64,000 nucleotides of DNA. Origin: Eledone cirrhosa. Lineage: Eukaryota. The notes under the pieces are model-generated. The model saw only the letters and a program-made list of their open reading frames with translations. It ran no database searches and was not told the origin of the DNA. The DNA lies in NCBI GenBank assembly GCA_964016885.1, contig OZ024758.1, forward strand, positions 22,010,001-22,074,000, in the 5' to 3' direction. This document shows positions 14,262-27,675 of the stretch, in pieces. Each line of letters opens with the position of its first letter. The stretch's first letter is position 1. Both the position numbers and the translations under genes were made by a program.

Positions 14262-14609
14262 AGCAACAGTGACCACAGTAGTAATAACGGTAACAATACG
14301 AACAACAACAACAACAATAACCACAGTGGTAATAATGGAAATAGTACATGTAGCAACATCAACAAAAACAAGAAACATAATAATAGTAACAACCACAATG
14401 GTAGAAATAGCAGTAACAACAACAACAATAACGGTGAAGTAAACAACAATACATCTAGCAATCATAACAATAATAATATTAATGCTAATGATAGAAACAA
14501 CAACAACCACCATGATAACAATAATAGCAACACACACAACTATGACGATAGAAATAACGACAACCCCTTAGAGAAACTATTTTTCAACCCAGCTGACAAA
14601 ACATATAAG

Positions 14610-16970
14610 ATGGGTAATATCTATCCTACGAGGTTACCCTTTAATAAAAGAGTTTGCATACCACAGCAAATAGATGACGAGACGGAGGCACAGTTCACCA
14701 TAGCTAGAAATAAGATTAGACAAGTAGTAGACAGGTACACTATGAGACAGAGCAGACCAGAGGCCCAACAACTTGGGATAAAACCTGTAGAAGGCTTGGT
14801 TAGCCTCAAGCAGCGCACAAGGGATGGTGAGGTAGTGTGTCTACCCACAGATAAGTCTGGTAGGATGTCAATAGATAGCATGCCGAACTACATCGAGGCA
14901 ATGCAACCCCACATCACCAACACGAGCGAAGTTGCACAACTAACACACGATGGGAGAGAAAAAATCCTCAACGCTCACATGATGATGTGGACTGACATCC
15001 TAAAGCCAAGCAGACGCACTGCCAACAACTTCCAGGCGTCTAACAATGGCATACCACCCTTGTATGGGCTCCGCAAAGACCACAAGACAGTCGACGACCC
15101 GGCAACAGGACCACCAACAAGACCCGTATGCGGAGCTAATATAGCTAGCAACTACATGATCTCCTACTTCCTCTCAATGGTTATACGCCCCATAATCAAG
15201 ATGTCCCCAGATGTATGTGAAAGTACAGAGGACCTCCTCAGCAGAATCAGTGAGTGCAACAAAAACAGGAGCCTATCCAACTGCATAATAGGCAGCATGG
15301 ATGTGGTGTCACTGTACCCATCCATTAACATTGATTTTGCTGTGAAAAGATGTGTGGAGATGATCATTGAGAGTGAGGTGGAGTTCTGCGACGTCGACAC
15401 AGACGAACTGGGCCTCCTACTTAGACTTACCTACGACACTGACTACCTAGACAGCCATGACCTTAGATGTTTCTGCCCTAGTAGACCTATAAGAGGTAGA
15501 CCCCCCACCATAACCTCAATGGCTAAAAAGACTCCCATAGGAAGGTGGATTGGGTGGACCAAAGCTATACGGACCCCCCAAAACACTGATCAGGTAAGAA
15601 AAATGGTCGCACATGCAATAGGGGCTAGTATCAAAACTACCCTAAAGGGCCACATATTTAAGTTCAATGAGAAAATCTACACCCAAAATGAGGGAGCAGC
15701 CATCGGCGTCAGCATAGCTGGTGATGTTGCCAACCTTTTCATGGTATGGTGGGAAAGGAGACTTAAAGATCTCCTTAATGAAAGCTCCATAGACCTCATC
15801 ATGTACTCTCGTTATGTAGACGATATCAATATAGTTATAAGAACACCCCCACTAGAGAGCACTAACAAGTTTGATTTAGAACGTAGCATGATGGAAAGCA
15901 TCCAGCAGATAGCTAATTCCATACACCAGAGTATAACTGTAACTATAGACTTCCCTTCCAAACACCCTAACAATAGACTACCTGTATTAGACACAGAACT
16001 CTGGATTAACACTATAGACGTGAGAGCCCAAATTCTCCACTCACACTATGCTAAACCCATGGCCTCCAAATACCTGATACTCAAAAACTCAGCAATGTCC
16101 AGTAGTGCTAAGTTTAATATTCTGATCGCAGATTTGGTACGAGTGATGAAGAATGTGTCCAGCATGTGCGACCCAACAGAAATGGAAGGACACATCCAAC
16201 ACTTCATCAACCGCATGCAGTTCTCTGGCTACAACCAAAGAGACAGAGTCAGAGTATACGAAGGAGCCATGGAAAAGTATAAGACCCTCATAGAACTGGA
16301 CATGAAAGGAATTTGCCCACTATACAGGAGCAAATCATGGAATAGCTTAGATAGGGCTAGACATAAGATAGGGAAGGCCACATCATGGTACGACAACCAG
16401 AGATATCAGAGTGTCATGTTTGTGGACGCCACCCCTGGAGGGAAATTAGCTAACCAGTGTAGAAAGGCCCTGAGAAAGACCCACTTAAAAATAAAGGTGG
16501 TAGAAAAGCCAGGAACCACCATAAAATCCCTGATCAGCAAAACCTACCCTTTTAAGAAAACCCACTGTACCAATAGGAAATGTATCATATGTAAGGTGAA
16601 CCCCCGGATAAACTGTAAAACTAGAAACGTAGTCTATAGCATAAGATGTACAGAGGGTACTTGCAGAAACACGACAACAACATACATAGGTGAGACAGCT
16701 CGTAGCATAGGTGAAAGGATAGACCAACACTGGGGGGAACTAAAAGGACGAAAAAACGGGTCAGTACTATACGAACATGCTAGACAACAACATGACGGTA
16801 ACATAGACAACATAGAAATTAGAATAATATCTAAACATAGGAATGACCCAGCAGATAGGCAAATCAGAGAGGCCAGTGAAATAGAAATTAGAAGACCAAA
16901 GCTAAACAGAAAGAATGAGTGGAACAACAACAACACCCAAACAAACAACACTGACCTAAGAGAAGTATAA
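14610..16970 (+). CDS. PLE reverse transcriptase + GIY-YIG endonuclease polyprotein (frame open upstream to 14262)
   Basis: RT motifs PTDKSG, PPLYGLRKDHK, PTRPV, SMDVVSLYPSI, QNEGAAIG, RYVDD, LPVLD; Cys-rich linker CTNRKCIIC; GIY-YIG NVVYSIRC...YIGETARSIGERIDQH...EH...H...REASEI...LNRKNEW. Confidence 0.95.
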   Translation: MGNIYPTRLPFNKRVCIPQQIDDETEAQFTIARNKIRQVVDRYTMRQSRPEAQQLGIKPVEGLVSLKQRTRDGEVVCLPTDKSGRMSIDSMPNYIEAMQPHITNTSEVAQLTHDGREKILNAHMMMWTDILKPSRRTANNFQASNNGIPPLYGLRKDHKTVDDPATGPPTRPVCGANIASNYMISYFLSMVIRPIIKMSPDVCESTEDLLSRISECNKNRSLSNCIIGSMDVVSLYPSINIDFAVKRCVEMIIESEVEFCDVDTDELGLLLRLTYDTDYLDSHDLRCFCPSRPIRGRPPTITSMAKKTPIGRWIGWTKAIRTPQNTDQVRKMVAHAIGASIKTTLKGHIFKFNEKIYTQNEGAAIGVSIAGDVANLFMVWWERRLKDLLNESSIDLIMYSRYVDDINIVIRTPPLESTNKFDLERSMMESIQQIANSIHQSITVTIDFPSKHPNNRLPVLDTELWINTIDVRAQILHSHYAKPMASKYLILKNSAMSSSAKFNILIADLVRVMKNVSSMCDPTEMEGHIQHFINRMQFSGYNQRDRVRVYEGAMEKYKTLIELDMKGICPLYRSKSWNSLDRARHKIGKATSWYDNQRYQSVMFVDATPGGKLANQCRKALRKTHLKIKVVEKPGTTIKSLISKTYPFKKTHCTNRKCIICKVNPRINCKTRNVVYSIRCTEGTCRNTTTTYIGETARSIGERIDQHWGELKGRKNGSVLYEHARQQHDGNIDNIEIRIISKHRNDPADRQIREASEIEIRRPKLNRKNEWNNNNTQTNNTDLREV

Positions 16971-17240
16971 ATAAATAAGTAAATTAAATTAAATAAAATA
17001 AGATAAATAAATACATACACAAGCACATAAACACACACTAGTCACCCAGCAGACACAACACTATACACACTAGTCACACATCACACATAACACTATACAC
17101 ACACGCAAACGCATGCGCAAAGAAGACAAAATAAAATAAGATAAACAAACAAGCAAATAAATAAATAAATATATAGACAGACTGAACACAAAAAAAAATG
17201 GCGTAGACATACAACACAACAGGAGGAACAATGAATATAA

Positions 17241-17282
17241 CACCACTGACGATGTTGCAGATGTGCAACGAAAGATTTATGT
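17241..17282 (+). ncRNA. Hammerhead-like motif in the PLE pLTR (mirror copy on - strand at about 13743-13784)
   Basis: cacca-CTGACGA-t gttgca gatg tgcaac-GAAA-gatt-TA-tgt: core and 6-bp stem II are clear, stem I only about 2 bp. Confidence 0.6.
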
Positions 17283-17546
17283 AAATTATGTAAACTATAT
17301 ATATATGTGTTTGTCTATATTGTATCTGTATTATTTTTGACCGCCGGTCAGTCAATGGCAACATTGAGGACCGAGTAAGTTAGATCGCAGATATATATAT
17401 ATAAAAGACAGCGAGAAGCGAAAACCAACCAAACAGTGAGTGTGTTCTGTTATTAATTCTGGCAATATTACGCAAATATGACCCTCCCCAAATATAACAA
17501 TATCTGTTTCGACACACGATTTCATATAAAAAACCTCGCAAAACTA

Positions 17547-18294
<748 letters not shown>

Positions 18295-18429
18295 GTTCAT
18301 ACAAATGTATAGGCACACGCTCAGTTCTATTTCATTTTACTTTGTCACGCACACATGCACACAGACACCCTCTCATACTCACACACATACACGCAGACAT
18401 ACTCACACACAGTCAATAAATGAAATATT

Positions 18430-18668
18430 ATTATGGTCAGGGTCACTGTGGCTTTTTAATGGGCTTTCTCCACGAATGTCCCTCGGAAGTCTCCCCCGTA
18501 TTGGGGAATTTTTCATTGTTATATTTTTGTTACATCCTCTGTTTTTGTTTTTTACACGCAGAAATGCCCATTTGTACCGTCCAGTATTGTACTGTACTGT
18601 CCTTAATGTCTACTTTATGTAAACCCTTGTGGTTAATAAAGAAAGTATTATTATTATTATTATTATTG
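18430..18668 (+). mobile_element. 3' UTR remnant of a Tx1/L1-like LINE with (TTA)n tail
   Basis: Shares cccc..tat(t/c)ggggaattt and cccttgtggttaataaa + (tta)n with 19375-19585. Confidence 0.6.
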
Positions 18669-19021
18669 TTCTTTGAGTCTCAGTCATTGATGTTATTTAA
18701 CTGGAAAGTTTGTTGAAATGAATATCAAGCCGCTACCTGCAGCCTCAGATATTCAGGACGTATCGGAGGGTTCTTGCTGTTCCCAGCAAGCATGCCTTTT
18801 GAAGTGTTCCAAAAAGCGGGGCGGGACTAATTTTCTTTAACCATCCTTGGAAACTCTTTGAGATAGTACCTAGTGCGTCTATGACAATCGGGACGACTCT
18901 GACTGCATGGCAGTTCCAAATCCTTTTTACCTCCCACTTTAAGTCCTGGTATGGGTTAATTTTCTCCCTCTCCTTTTCTTGCACTCTCGTGTCAAATGGG
19001 CAGACTACATCTACAATCAGG
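18669..19021 (-). mobile_element. R4/Dong-like non-LTR retrotransposon 3' fragment (restriction-like endonuclease)
   Basis: IVDVVCPFD...EREKINPYQDLKWEVKRIW...VVPIVIDALG...LQKACLLGTARTLRYVL*; (TAA/TTA)n on both sides. Confidence 0.85.
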
Positions 19022-19039
19022 TTACTACTATTATTATTA

Positions 19040-19553
19040 TTTTTCCTCTGTCTGGTGGCAGTTGCGAAAGAGGTTATACGGTGGACCAGGTTAAAAGGAC
19101 TGAAGACAGACACTTTTCTCTTCGGCCAATCCCTCATCAACTTCTTCAAGTTTCACCTGGAAAGGAAGGTAAGGGTGGAGAGAGAAGTGCTGCCCCCTAG
19201 TATATTTGCTAAAAGGTGGGTGAATGTGGCGAGAATGGCTCGTGTGAATGGGCCTACTCTGACCATGCGCCTATAGGTTAGCTAACTTGAGGAGAGGGGT
19301 GCTCTCCCTGGGTGCCCTAGAAGCGCAGGGTGGTTTAGGATTGGTGGGGTACCCGAGTCACCCCAGGATCGTCCACCCCCTATCGGGGAATTTATTTTGT
19401 TATATTTATGCATAGTTTATTTTATATTTTTATATTTTCATTGTTAAATTAGTCTTGCCATTGTGCACTTTTACTCGACCTTATTGTAAACCCCCACTGT
19501 CCCTGTCTTTGTATTGTCCCCTACATGTCGGCCCTTGTGGTTAATAAATGAAA

Positions 19554-19585
<32 letters not shown>
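19040..19585 (+). mobile_element. Tx1/L1-clade LINE 3' fragment (ORF2 C-terminus + 3' UTR + (TTA)n)
   Basis: FLCLVAVAKEVIRWTR...HLERKVRVER...FAKRW resembles the L1/Tx1 ORF2 end (AK..IW..R ... F..RW); aataaa followed by (tta)n. Confidence 0.65.
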
Positions 19586-19594
<9 letters not shown>

Positions 19595-19600
19595 TGATAT

Positions 19601-19792
19601 AGGGCGGTGGATTGGCAGTATCGGTAGAGGGTCGGACGCCATGCTTTGCAGAATAGTTACGTCCCTTTACGGTCTGAGTTCAAACCCCGCCGAGGTTGAC
19701 TTTGCCTTTCATCCTTACGGGGTCGATAAAATAAAGTACCAGTAATGTACTGGGTAATTGCTGGCCTTGTGCCAAAAGTAGAAACAATTATT
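19601..19792 (+). mobile_element. SINE family A
   Basis: Full-length match to the other copies. Confidence 0.9.
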
Positions 19793-19972
19793 ATATATAT
19801 ATGATGATGATTTTATACGAATGAAACAGATCTAGTCCTGTAGATGTCATTTTATATAAAATGATGATGCCTATACTCTACTAAAGTATTGAGAACATTT
19901 TTAAATGTGGTCCCCTCCTGATACCCATCGGTGATCCACCCACCATTATATATGTGTGTGTGTATATATATC

Positions 19973-20004
<32 letters not shown>

Positions 20005-20070
20005 CGTGTGAAGAAATATACGTACAGTAATATATGTACTTTTATTTATGTATTTCAGTAAACGTGTTTT

Positions 20071-20126
<56 letters not shown>

Positions 20127-20239
20127 GATTAATGATCTCACTATATTTAACAGACATATATATGTTTGTATGTGCGTGCCTATGTGTGTATGTATATATA
20201 CATTCGAGAGAGCGAGGGAGTGTCTGTATATGCGAGTGT

Positions 20240-20296
<57 letters not shown>

Positions 20297-20862
20297 TGTA
20301 TGTGTACGTTTAAGAGAGAGAGAGTAACAGTATGTCTATGTGCAAGTTCCATTACATCTAATGAAAATGTATTTTTGTCGAAGAAAATAAAATTACTAAA
20401 CACGTATCTTTTATTTTGCTTTTGTGCTTAGTTTAGGGGTTGTTTTTTCCTTTGTTTTTCATTTGTTTAACTTTAATGTTTGTTTTATTTTAATATTTAT
20501 TTATTTTAGGGTTGTTTTTTTTTGTGTTACATTTTAATGTTTTTGTTATTGAGGTGTTCTTTGTTGATCTTTATATATAAATTTTTTTACTTACTAATTG
20601 CCATTTTCAACAAGAAAAATAGTAAATTTTACTCGGCTTTTTCCATTGACACTAGCAAGTGATAATTTAAAAAACACATAAGAGCTTCCCGTGTAGCATT
20701 CTTTTTTTATTTATCTCTTTCTCTTTATTTCGACTCCTATCTACTTAAACTAGAGTAAAATATATGTATATGTGTGTATATATATATATACATAAATATG
20801 TGTGTGTGTTTGTGTGTTTGTGTGTGTGTGTGTGTGTGTTTGTGTGTTTGTGTATGTGTGTT

Positions 20863-20915
<53 letters not shown>

Positions 20916-20986
20916 ATGATTTTTTATGCGTGTGTGTGACGGTTATATATATATATATATATATGTAGATATATATGTAGATATAC

Positions 20987-21039
<53 letters not shown>

Positions 21040-21083
21040 TGCATATAAATGTATGTGTATATGTATATATATATATATATATA

Positions 21084-21118
<35 letters not shown>

Positions 21119-21984
21119 AAGAGAGAGAGAGAAGGGGGAGGGAAAGAGAGATACAGAGCCAACCTCACAAACGAACAAACAATTCCCTGAGTGCTTTGTA
21201 TATTTGCTTCCTGACATTTGATGTATAGTCGGTCGAGGTGCTTTGACGACGGTCATATTTGCCAAGTGTCTTTCTCTTTGCATTCTTTAAATTACCAATG
21301 CTTGTTTTAGATCACGTTAAGTTTCAATCTGTTACTAACAGCTGGTACAATTTCGAAGCATGTGTCAAACGAAGACACTTTAGCCAATACATCAGAACGT
21401 TTCTGTTTGAATATTGCCTAGATTTCTTCAACCTCGTAATTTGTCTTCCTTCAGCAATGAAGGAAATGAAAGGATTGTGATCATAGGATAGGGCCAAGGA
21501 AATTATGCTTCCATTGGTCCTTTCTATTGCTGATACATATTGAGTTTTTGTTATAATATAATTATAATAAGAAAATAGAAAGGAAAAAGAAGTGTGGTGA
21601 ATTTATTTACAGCTTATTTACAGGTATATCTCAGCTGCGCCCACGGGCATAACAGTGAAAGTATACCCACCACATCTGTTATTCTACCTCAAGATGCTCC
21701 TTCCTAACGCGTGCTACCCTTCCTCCGTTATGGTGGGGGAAACCAGCAGTCCAAGAACCGGGGACACTATCGCGGGAAAATTGAATGTGACCAATAAGAT
21801 TCTATGAGAATATTCGTAGATTGTATCACAATAATTATATAAATTCGAGTGACTTCCGTCCGTTACACAATGTGTGTGTGTGTATGTTTGTGTGAATGTA
21901 TGTGTATGTAAAAGGAAGGAAGGGTGTGACAAAACTATACCAAAACAGCGGCTGGCGTTCCATTTGCTATGCTGTGTGTGAGTG

Positions 21985-22360
21985 TATGTGTGTGTTTGTA
22001 TAAATCTATGTGTGTGTTTGTGTAAATGTATGTGGGTGTTTGTGTAAATGTATGTGGGTGTTTGTGTAAATGTATGTGTGTGTTTGTGTAAATGTATGTG
22101 GGTGTTTGTGTAAATGTATGTGGGTGTTTGTGTAAATGTATGTGTGTGTTTGTGTAAATGTATGTGTGTGTTTGTGTAAATGTATGTGGGTGTTTGTGTA
22201 AATGTATGTGTGTGTTTGTGTAAATGTATGTGGGTGTTTGTGTAAATGTATGTGTGTGTTTGTGTAAATGTATGTGGGTGTTTGTGTAAATGTATGTGTG
22301 TGTTTGTGTAAATGTATGTGTGTGTGTTGTGTAAATGTATGTGTGTTTGTGTAAATGTAT
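21985..22360. repeat. 18-22-bp minisatellite (tgtg(t/g)gtgtttgtgtaaatgta)
   Basis: Direct reading. Confidence 0.9.
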
Positions 22361-22699
22361 GTCCGTGAGTGTGTATTTTTTTGTAAGTGTGTCTGTGTGT
22401 GCGTTTATATTTATATACTCACACATATAAATGTTTGCATATGCACATATACACACGCACGCACATATACACATGCACACACATATACACATCAGCATGT
22501 TGTAAAAAAATTCTAGTACAATAAAAGCTACTTCTCGTGTGTATTATATTGTAGTTTGGGCCTTTAGCTCCTGATAGAGTCGTGCGGGGCTGTCGTGGGT
22601 ACTTAAACCTAGTACAGCCCAACTCTTTCTAGCTCAGAACTCAGCCGATTTCTTACAGATAAATTAAGAGAGAGGGTTAGAGGGAATTGAGAAAGAGAT

Positions 22700-22870
22700 A
22701 TAGATGAAGAACAGACTCCATTTTTTTACTGGTATTTTATTTATAGTGGCCTCGGAAGAGCGAAAGACAAAGATGGCTCCGGCCAGATTTGAACTCTGAG
22801 TGCAGAAAGATGAAACAAATACCGCCAAGCATTTTATCTGACTTTGTAACGACCCTGTCACTTCTACGCC
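22700..22870 (-). mobile_element. Diverged SINE family A-like copy
   Basis: actggtattttattt...gatttgaactctga...aaataccgccaagcatttt. Confidence 0.55.
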
Positions 22871-23194
22871 TTATGTTGCTCTCAGGCGGATAAATAATTA
22901 ACACCGAACTATCTCCCACGAAGGACACTATCGGAAACATTCGATATTTTCTATCCTCGCGGCACCTTAACATAATACATTCGTCTGCTTCTAGTTATTG
23001 TATCGTGAGGATAGTTTGAAATACACTTGGCAGAAAGAAAAAAAAAAGAAAGAGATAAAAAAGAACACAATATCAAACTGTTACCCCTTTAAGCAGTTCA
23101 AAGTTTTGTAATATTTTGAAAATTTAGTTGATGTCTCCAAAATCAATTTCTTATTGATTGATAAAAGTTTCTGAAAGAGCTTAAAAACTTCTGT

Positions 23195-23209
23195 CTTTGT
23201 CTGTGTGTA

Positions 23210-23258
<49 letters not shown>

Positions 23259-23421
23259 GTGTGTGTCTGTGTGTGTGTGTCTCTGTGTCTCTGTGTCTGT
23301 TTGACTGTCTGTGTGTGTGTGTATCTTATTGTGTGTGTGCGTGTGTGTGTGTGTGTCTCTCTGTGTCTCTGTGTTTCTGTGTTTCTGTGTCTGTTTGACT
23401 GTCTGTGTGTGTGTATATCTT

Positions 23422-23469
<48 letters not shown>

Positions 23470-23800
23470 TGTGTGTGTGTCTGTCTCTGTGTCTCTGTGT
23501 CTGTTTGACTGTCTGTGTGTGTGTATATCTTATTGTGTGTGTGCGTGTGTGTGTGCGTGTGTGTGTGTGTATATGTGTCTCTGTGTCTGTTTGACTGTCT
23601 GTGTGTGTGTGTATATCTTATTGTGTGTGTGCGTGTGTGTCTGTGTGTATCTGTGTCTCTGTGTCTGTTTGACTGTCTGTGTGTGTGTATATCTTATTGT
23701 GTGTGTGCGTGTGTGTCTGTGTGTGTGTGTATCTGTGTATCTGTGTCTGTTTGACTGTCTGTGTGTGTGTATATCTTATTGTGTGTGTGCGTGTGTGTTG
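23195..23800. repeat. (GT)/(GTCT) compound tandem repeat, ~60-bp units
   Basis: Anchors ctgtttgactgtctgtg and tatcttattgtg recur about 7 times. Confidence 0.85.
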
Positions 23801-23987
23801 ACTGATATATACCACAGTTACGAGCAAACTACAGACGCTAATAGAAACGATCATCAGTTTCCCCGGATTTCAGATTTTACCTCACTTTCAAAAGAGTCAA
23901 AAGAGTCAAAATAACGATAAGGCGGAAGAAGAACTTATAACTCTTTAAATTGATCTTCGGTGCATTTGCATATATCAGATGATCGAT

Positions 23988-24112
23988 ATTTCTTCTTCTT
24001 CTTCTTCTTCTTCTTCTTCTTCTTCTTCTTCTTCTTCTTCTTCTTCTTCTTCTTCTTCTTCTTCTTCTTCTTCTTCTTCTTCTTCTTCTTCTTCTTCTTC
24101 TTCTTCTTCTTC
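23988..24112. repeat. (CTT)n tract
   Basis: Direct reading. Confidence 0.95.
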
Positions 24113-24640
24113 GTCAAGCTATTACAAGTCTGACCTATATATCGGTCAAACACGCTATTACAAGTCTGATCTATATATCGGTCAACCAAGCTATGGCAAA
24201 TTTGACCTATATATATATATCAACCAAGCTATTACAAGTCTGACCTATATATCGGTCAACCAAGCTATTACAAGTCTGACCTATATATCGGTCAACCAAG
24301 CTATGACAAATTTGACCTATATATATATCAACCAAGCTATTACAAGTCTGACCTATATATCGGTCAACCAAGCTATGACAAATTTGACCTATATATATAT
24401 ATATATATCAACCAAGCTATGACAAGTCTGACCTATATATTGGTCAACCAAGCTATTACAAGTCTGACCTATATATCGGTCAACCAAGCTATGACAAGTC
24501 TGACCTATATATCGGTCAACCAAGCTATTACAAGCCTGACGTACATATCGGTCAACCAAGCTATGACAAATTTGACCTATATATATATATATCAACCAAG
24601 CTATGACAAGTCTGACCTATATATTGGTCAACCAGGCTAC
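24113..24640. repeat. 36-bp minisatellite gtcaaccaagctattacaagtctgacctatatatcg, about 14 copies
   Basis: Direct reading; variable internal (TA)n. Confidence 0.9.
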
Positions 24641-25037
24641 AATTGGTCTAACCTATAATGACTTAAAAAAAAAAAATATCACAGGATATAAAATATATTT
24701 CGCCGGAGATAATTAGCAGCTGGCAGGAAACCCAGAGGAAATCCCCAGCGAGAGGGTTCGATAACATCCATGTAAAGTTTGAATCCAGGTTTTACCGATA
24801 AGAATGTTTACTACCACAATAGTTAGTTAAACTTGTATGTAACACTGTCAGTTTATGAAATTCACTTGGTGTTGGCATTCAAACAACCTTTGGTAACTTT
24901 CACCATAGATTGAGGATAAACGAAGCTGGAAACATTTGTGTTAACCTTTATTTGTTTTGATACTTTTACTAAAGTATATATACAAGCTGCAAATTGTTAA
25001 TGACATATCCATTTTCTTCTGTATTATATCTTCTATC

Positions 25038-25597
<560 letters not shown>

Positions 25598-25629
25598 ATG
25601 TTTCTATATATGTATATGTATATTTATGC

Positions 25630-25667
<38 letters not shown>

Positions 25668-25729
25668 AATGTGTGTATATAAATATGTGTGCTCATATAA
25701 CTAAAGATATACAGACATACATGAATGCA

Positions 25730-25862
<133 letters not shown>

Positions 25863-25924
25863 ATGTATGTATATATATATACGTACGCACAGTAATTTTT
25901 TATCAACCCTATGAAAGGAATGAA

Positions 25925-25962
<38 letters not shown>

Positions 25963-25963
25963 G

Positions 25964-26023
<60 letters not shown>

Positions 26024-26159
26024 AGGAAATTGTAGAGCAAGTTAAATGATTTAGTAAGTACGTCATGGCAGCCAATGGAATATGCCTGAGGGCCATGACA
26101 TAAATAATAGTTTATAGTGGGATGGTAGACTATTGATAGAGCAGGTTGATATACCAATA

Positions 26160-27675
26160 ACAACACTACTACCACCAGCACCACCACTGCCACTACCACC
26201 ACCACCACCACCACTACCACCACAATTACCACCACTACCACTACCACTACCACCACCACTACCACCACCACCACCACCACCACCACCACTACTACTACCA
26301 CCACCATCACCACTACTACCACCACTACCACCACCACCACCACCACCACTACTACTACTACCACCACCATCACCACTACTACCACCACCACCACTACCAC
26401 CACCACCACTACCACCACCACCACCACCACCACCACCACTACCACCACTAGCACCACCACTACTACCACCACCACTACTACCACCACCACCAATACCACC
26501 ACCACCACTACCACCACCACCACTACCACCACCACCACCACCACCACTACTACCACAACCACGACCACCACTACCACTACTACCACCACCACCAATACCA
26601 CTACCACCACTACCACCACCACTACCACCACCACCACTACCACCACCGCCACCACTACTACGACCACCACCACCACCACTACTACCACCACCACTACCAC
26701 CACCACTACTACCACCACCACTACCACAACCACGACCACCACTACCACCACTACCACCACCATTACCACCACCACCACCACCACTACCACCACCACTAGC
26801 ACTACCACCACCACCACTACCACCACCACCACCACCACCACTACCACCACCACTAGCACTACCACTACCACCACTACCACCACCACCAATAATACCATTA
26901 TACCACACCAAAGTTCTATATATCCTGCACGGTTTGTCATTAACTCCTCCCCAGGAAGAACGTATCCGCTGGTTACTGTTAGAATATGGTGGTGGGGTGG
27001 GGGGTCTCTTGTAGAAACTTGTAACCCGGATGTACAGTTCCTGCATAATTTCCTGTCACACAATAGTATAGTTGTTGTTGTTGTTGTTGTTGATAATGGT
27101 GGTGGTGGTGGTGATGGTAGTGGTGGTGGTGTTAGTGGTGGTGGTGGTGGTGGTGTTAGTGTTGGTGGTGGTGGTGGTGTTAGTGGTGGTGGTGTTAGTG
27201 TTGGTGGTGGTGTTAGTGGTGGTGTTAGTGGTAGTGGTGGTGGTGTTGGTGGTGGTGGTGGTGGTGTTAGTGTTGGTGGTGGTGTTAGTGGTGGTGGTGG
27301 TGGTAGTATTAGTGGTGGTGGTGGTGGTGGTGTTAGTGTTGGTGGTGGTGTTAGTGGTGGTGGTGGTGGTGGTGTTAGTGGTGGTGGTCGTGGTGGTGGT
27401 GGTGGTGTTAGTGGTGGTGTTAGTGGTGGTGGTGGTGTTAGTGGTGGTGGTGTTAGAGGTGGTGGTGGTGTTGGTGGTGGTGGTGGTGGTGGTGTTGGTG
27501 GTGGTGGTGGTGGTGGTGTTAGTGGTAGTAGTAGTGGTGGTGGTGGTGGTGTTAGTGTTGGTGGTGGTAGTGGTAGTAGTAGTGGTGGTGGTGGTGGTGT
27601 TAGTGTTGGTGGTGGTAGTCGTGGTGGTGGTGGTGGTGTTGATGTTGATGATGATGTTGTTGTTGTTGTTGTTGT
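26160..27675. repeat. (ACC/ACT)n tract 26160-26900 and opposite-sense (GGT/GTT)n tract 27070-27675
   Basis: Direct reading. Confidence 0.9.

Larger units (their letters stand above)
13522..17546 (+). mobile_element. 5'-truncated Penelope-like element (probably Naiad-type) with inverted 5' pLTR, inserted in (TA)n
   Basis: RT-GIY-YIG ORF; 13522-14261 is the reverse complement of 16764-17503; extra ~43-bp tail 17504-17546; long (TA)n on both sides. Confidence 0.93.

Noticed and set aside
14055-14537. - strand ORF ending in the GIY-YIG C-terminus
   Set aside because: Chance fusion across the inversion junction between the antisense Asn tract and the inverted arm.
14610-17503. Selenocysteine recoding, as reported for some Naiad PLEs
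   Set aside because: No in-frame TGA in the visible ORF and no convincing SECIS seen.
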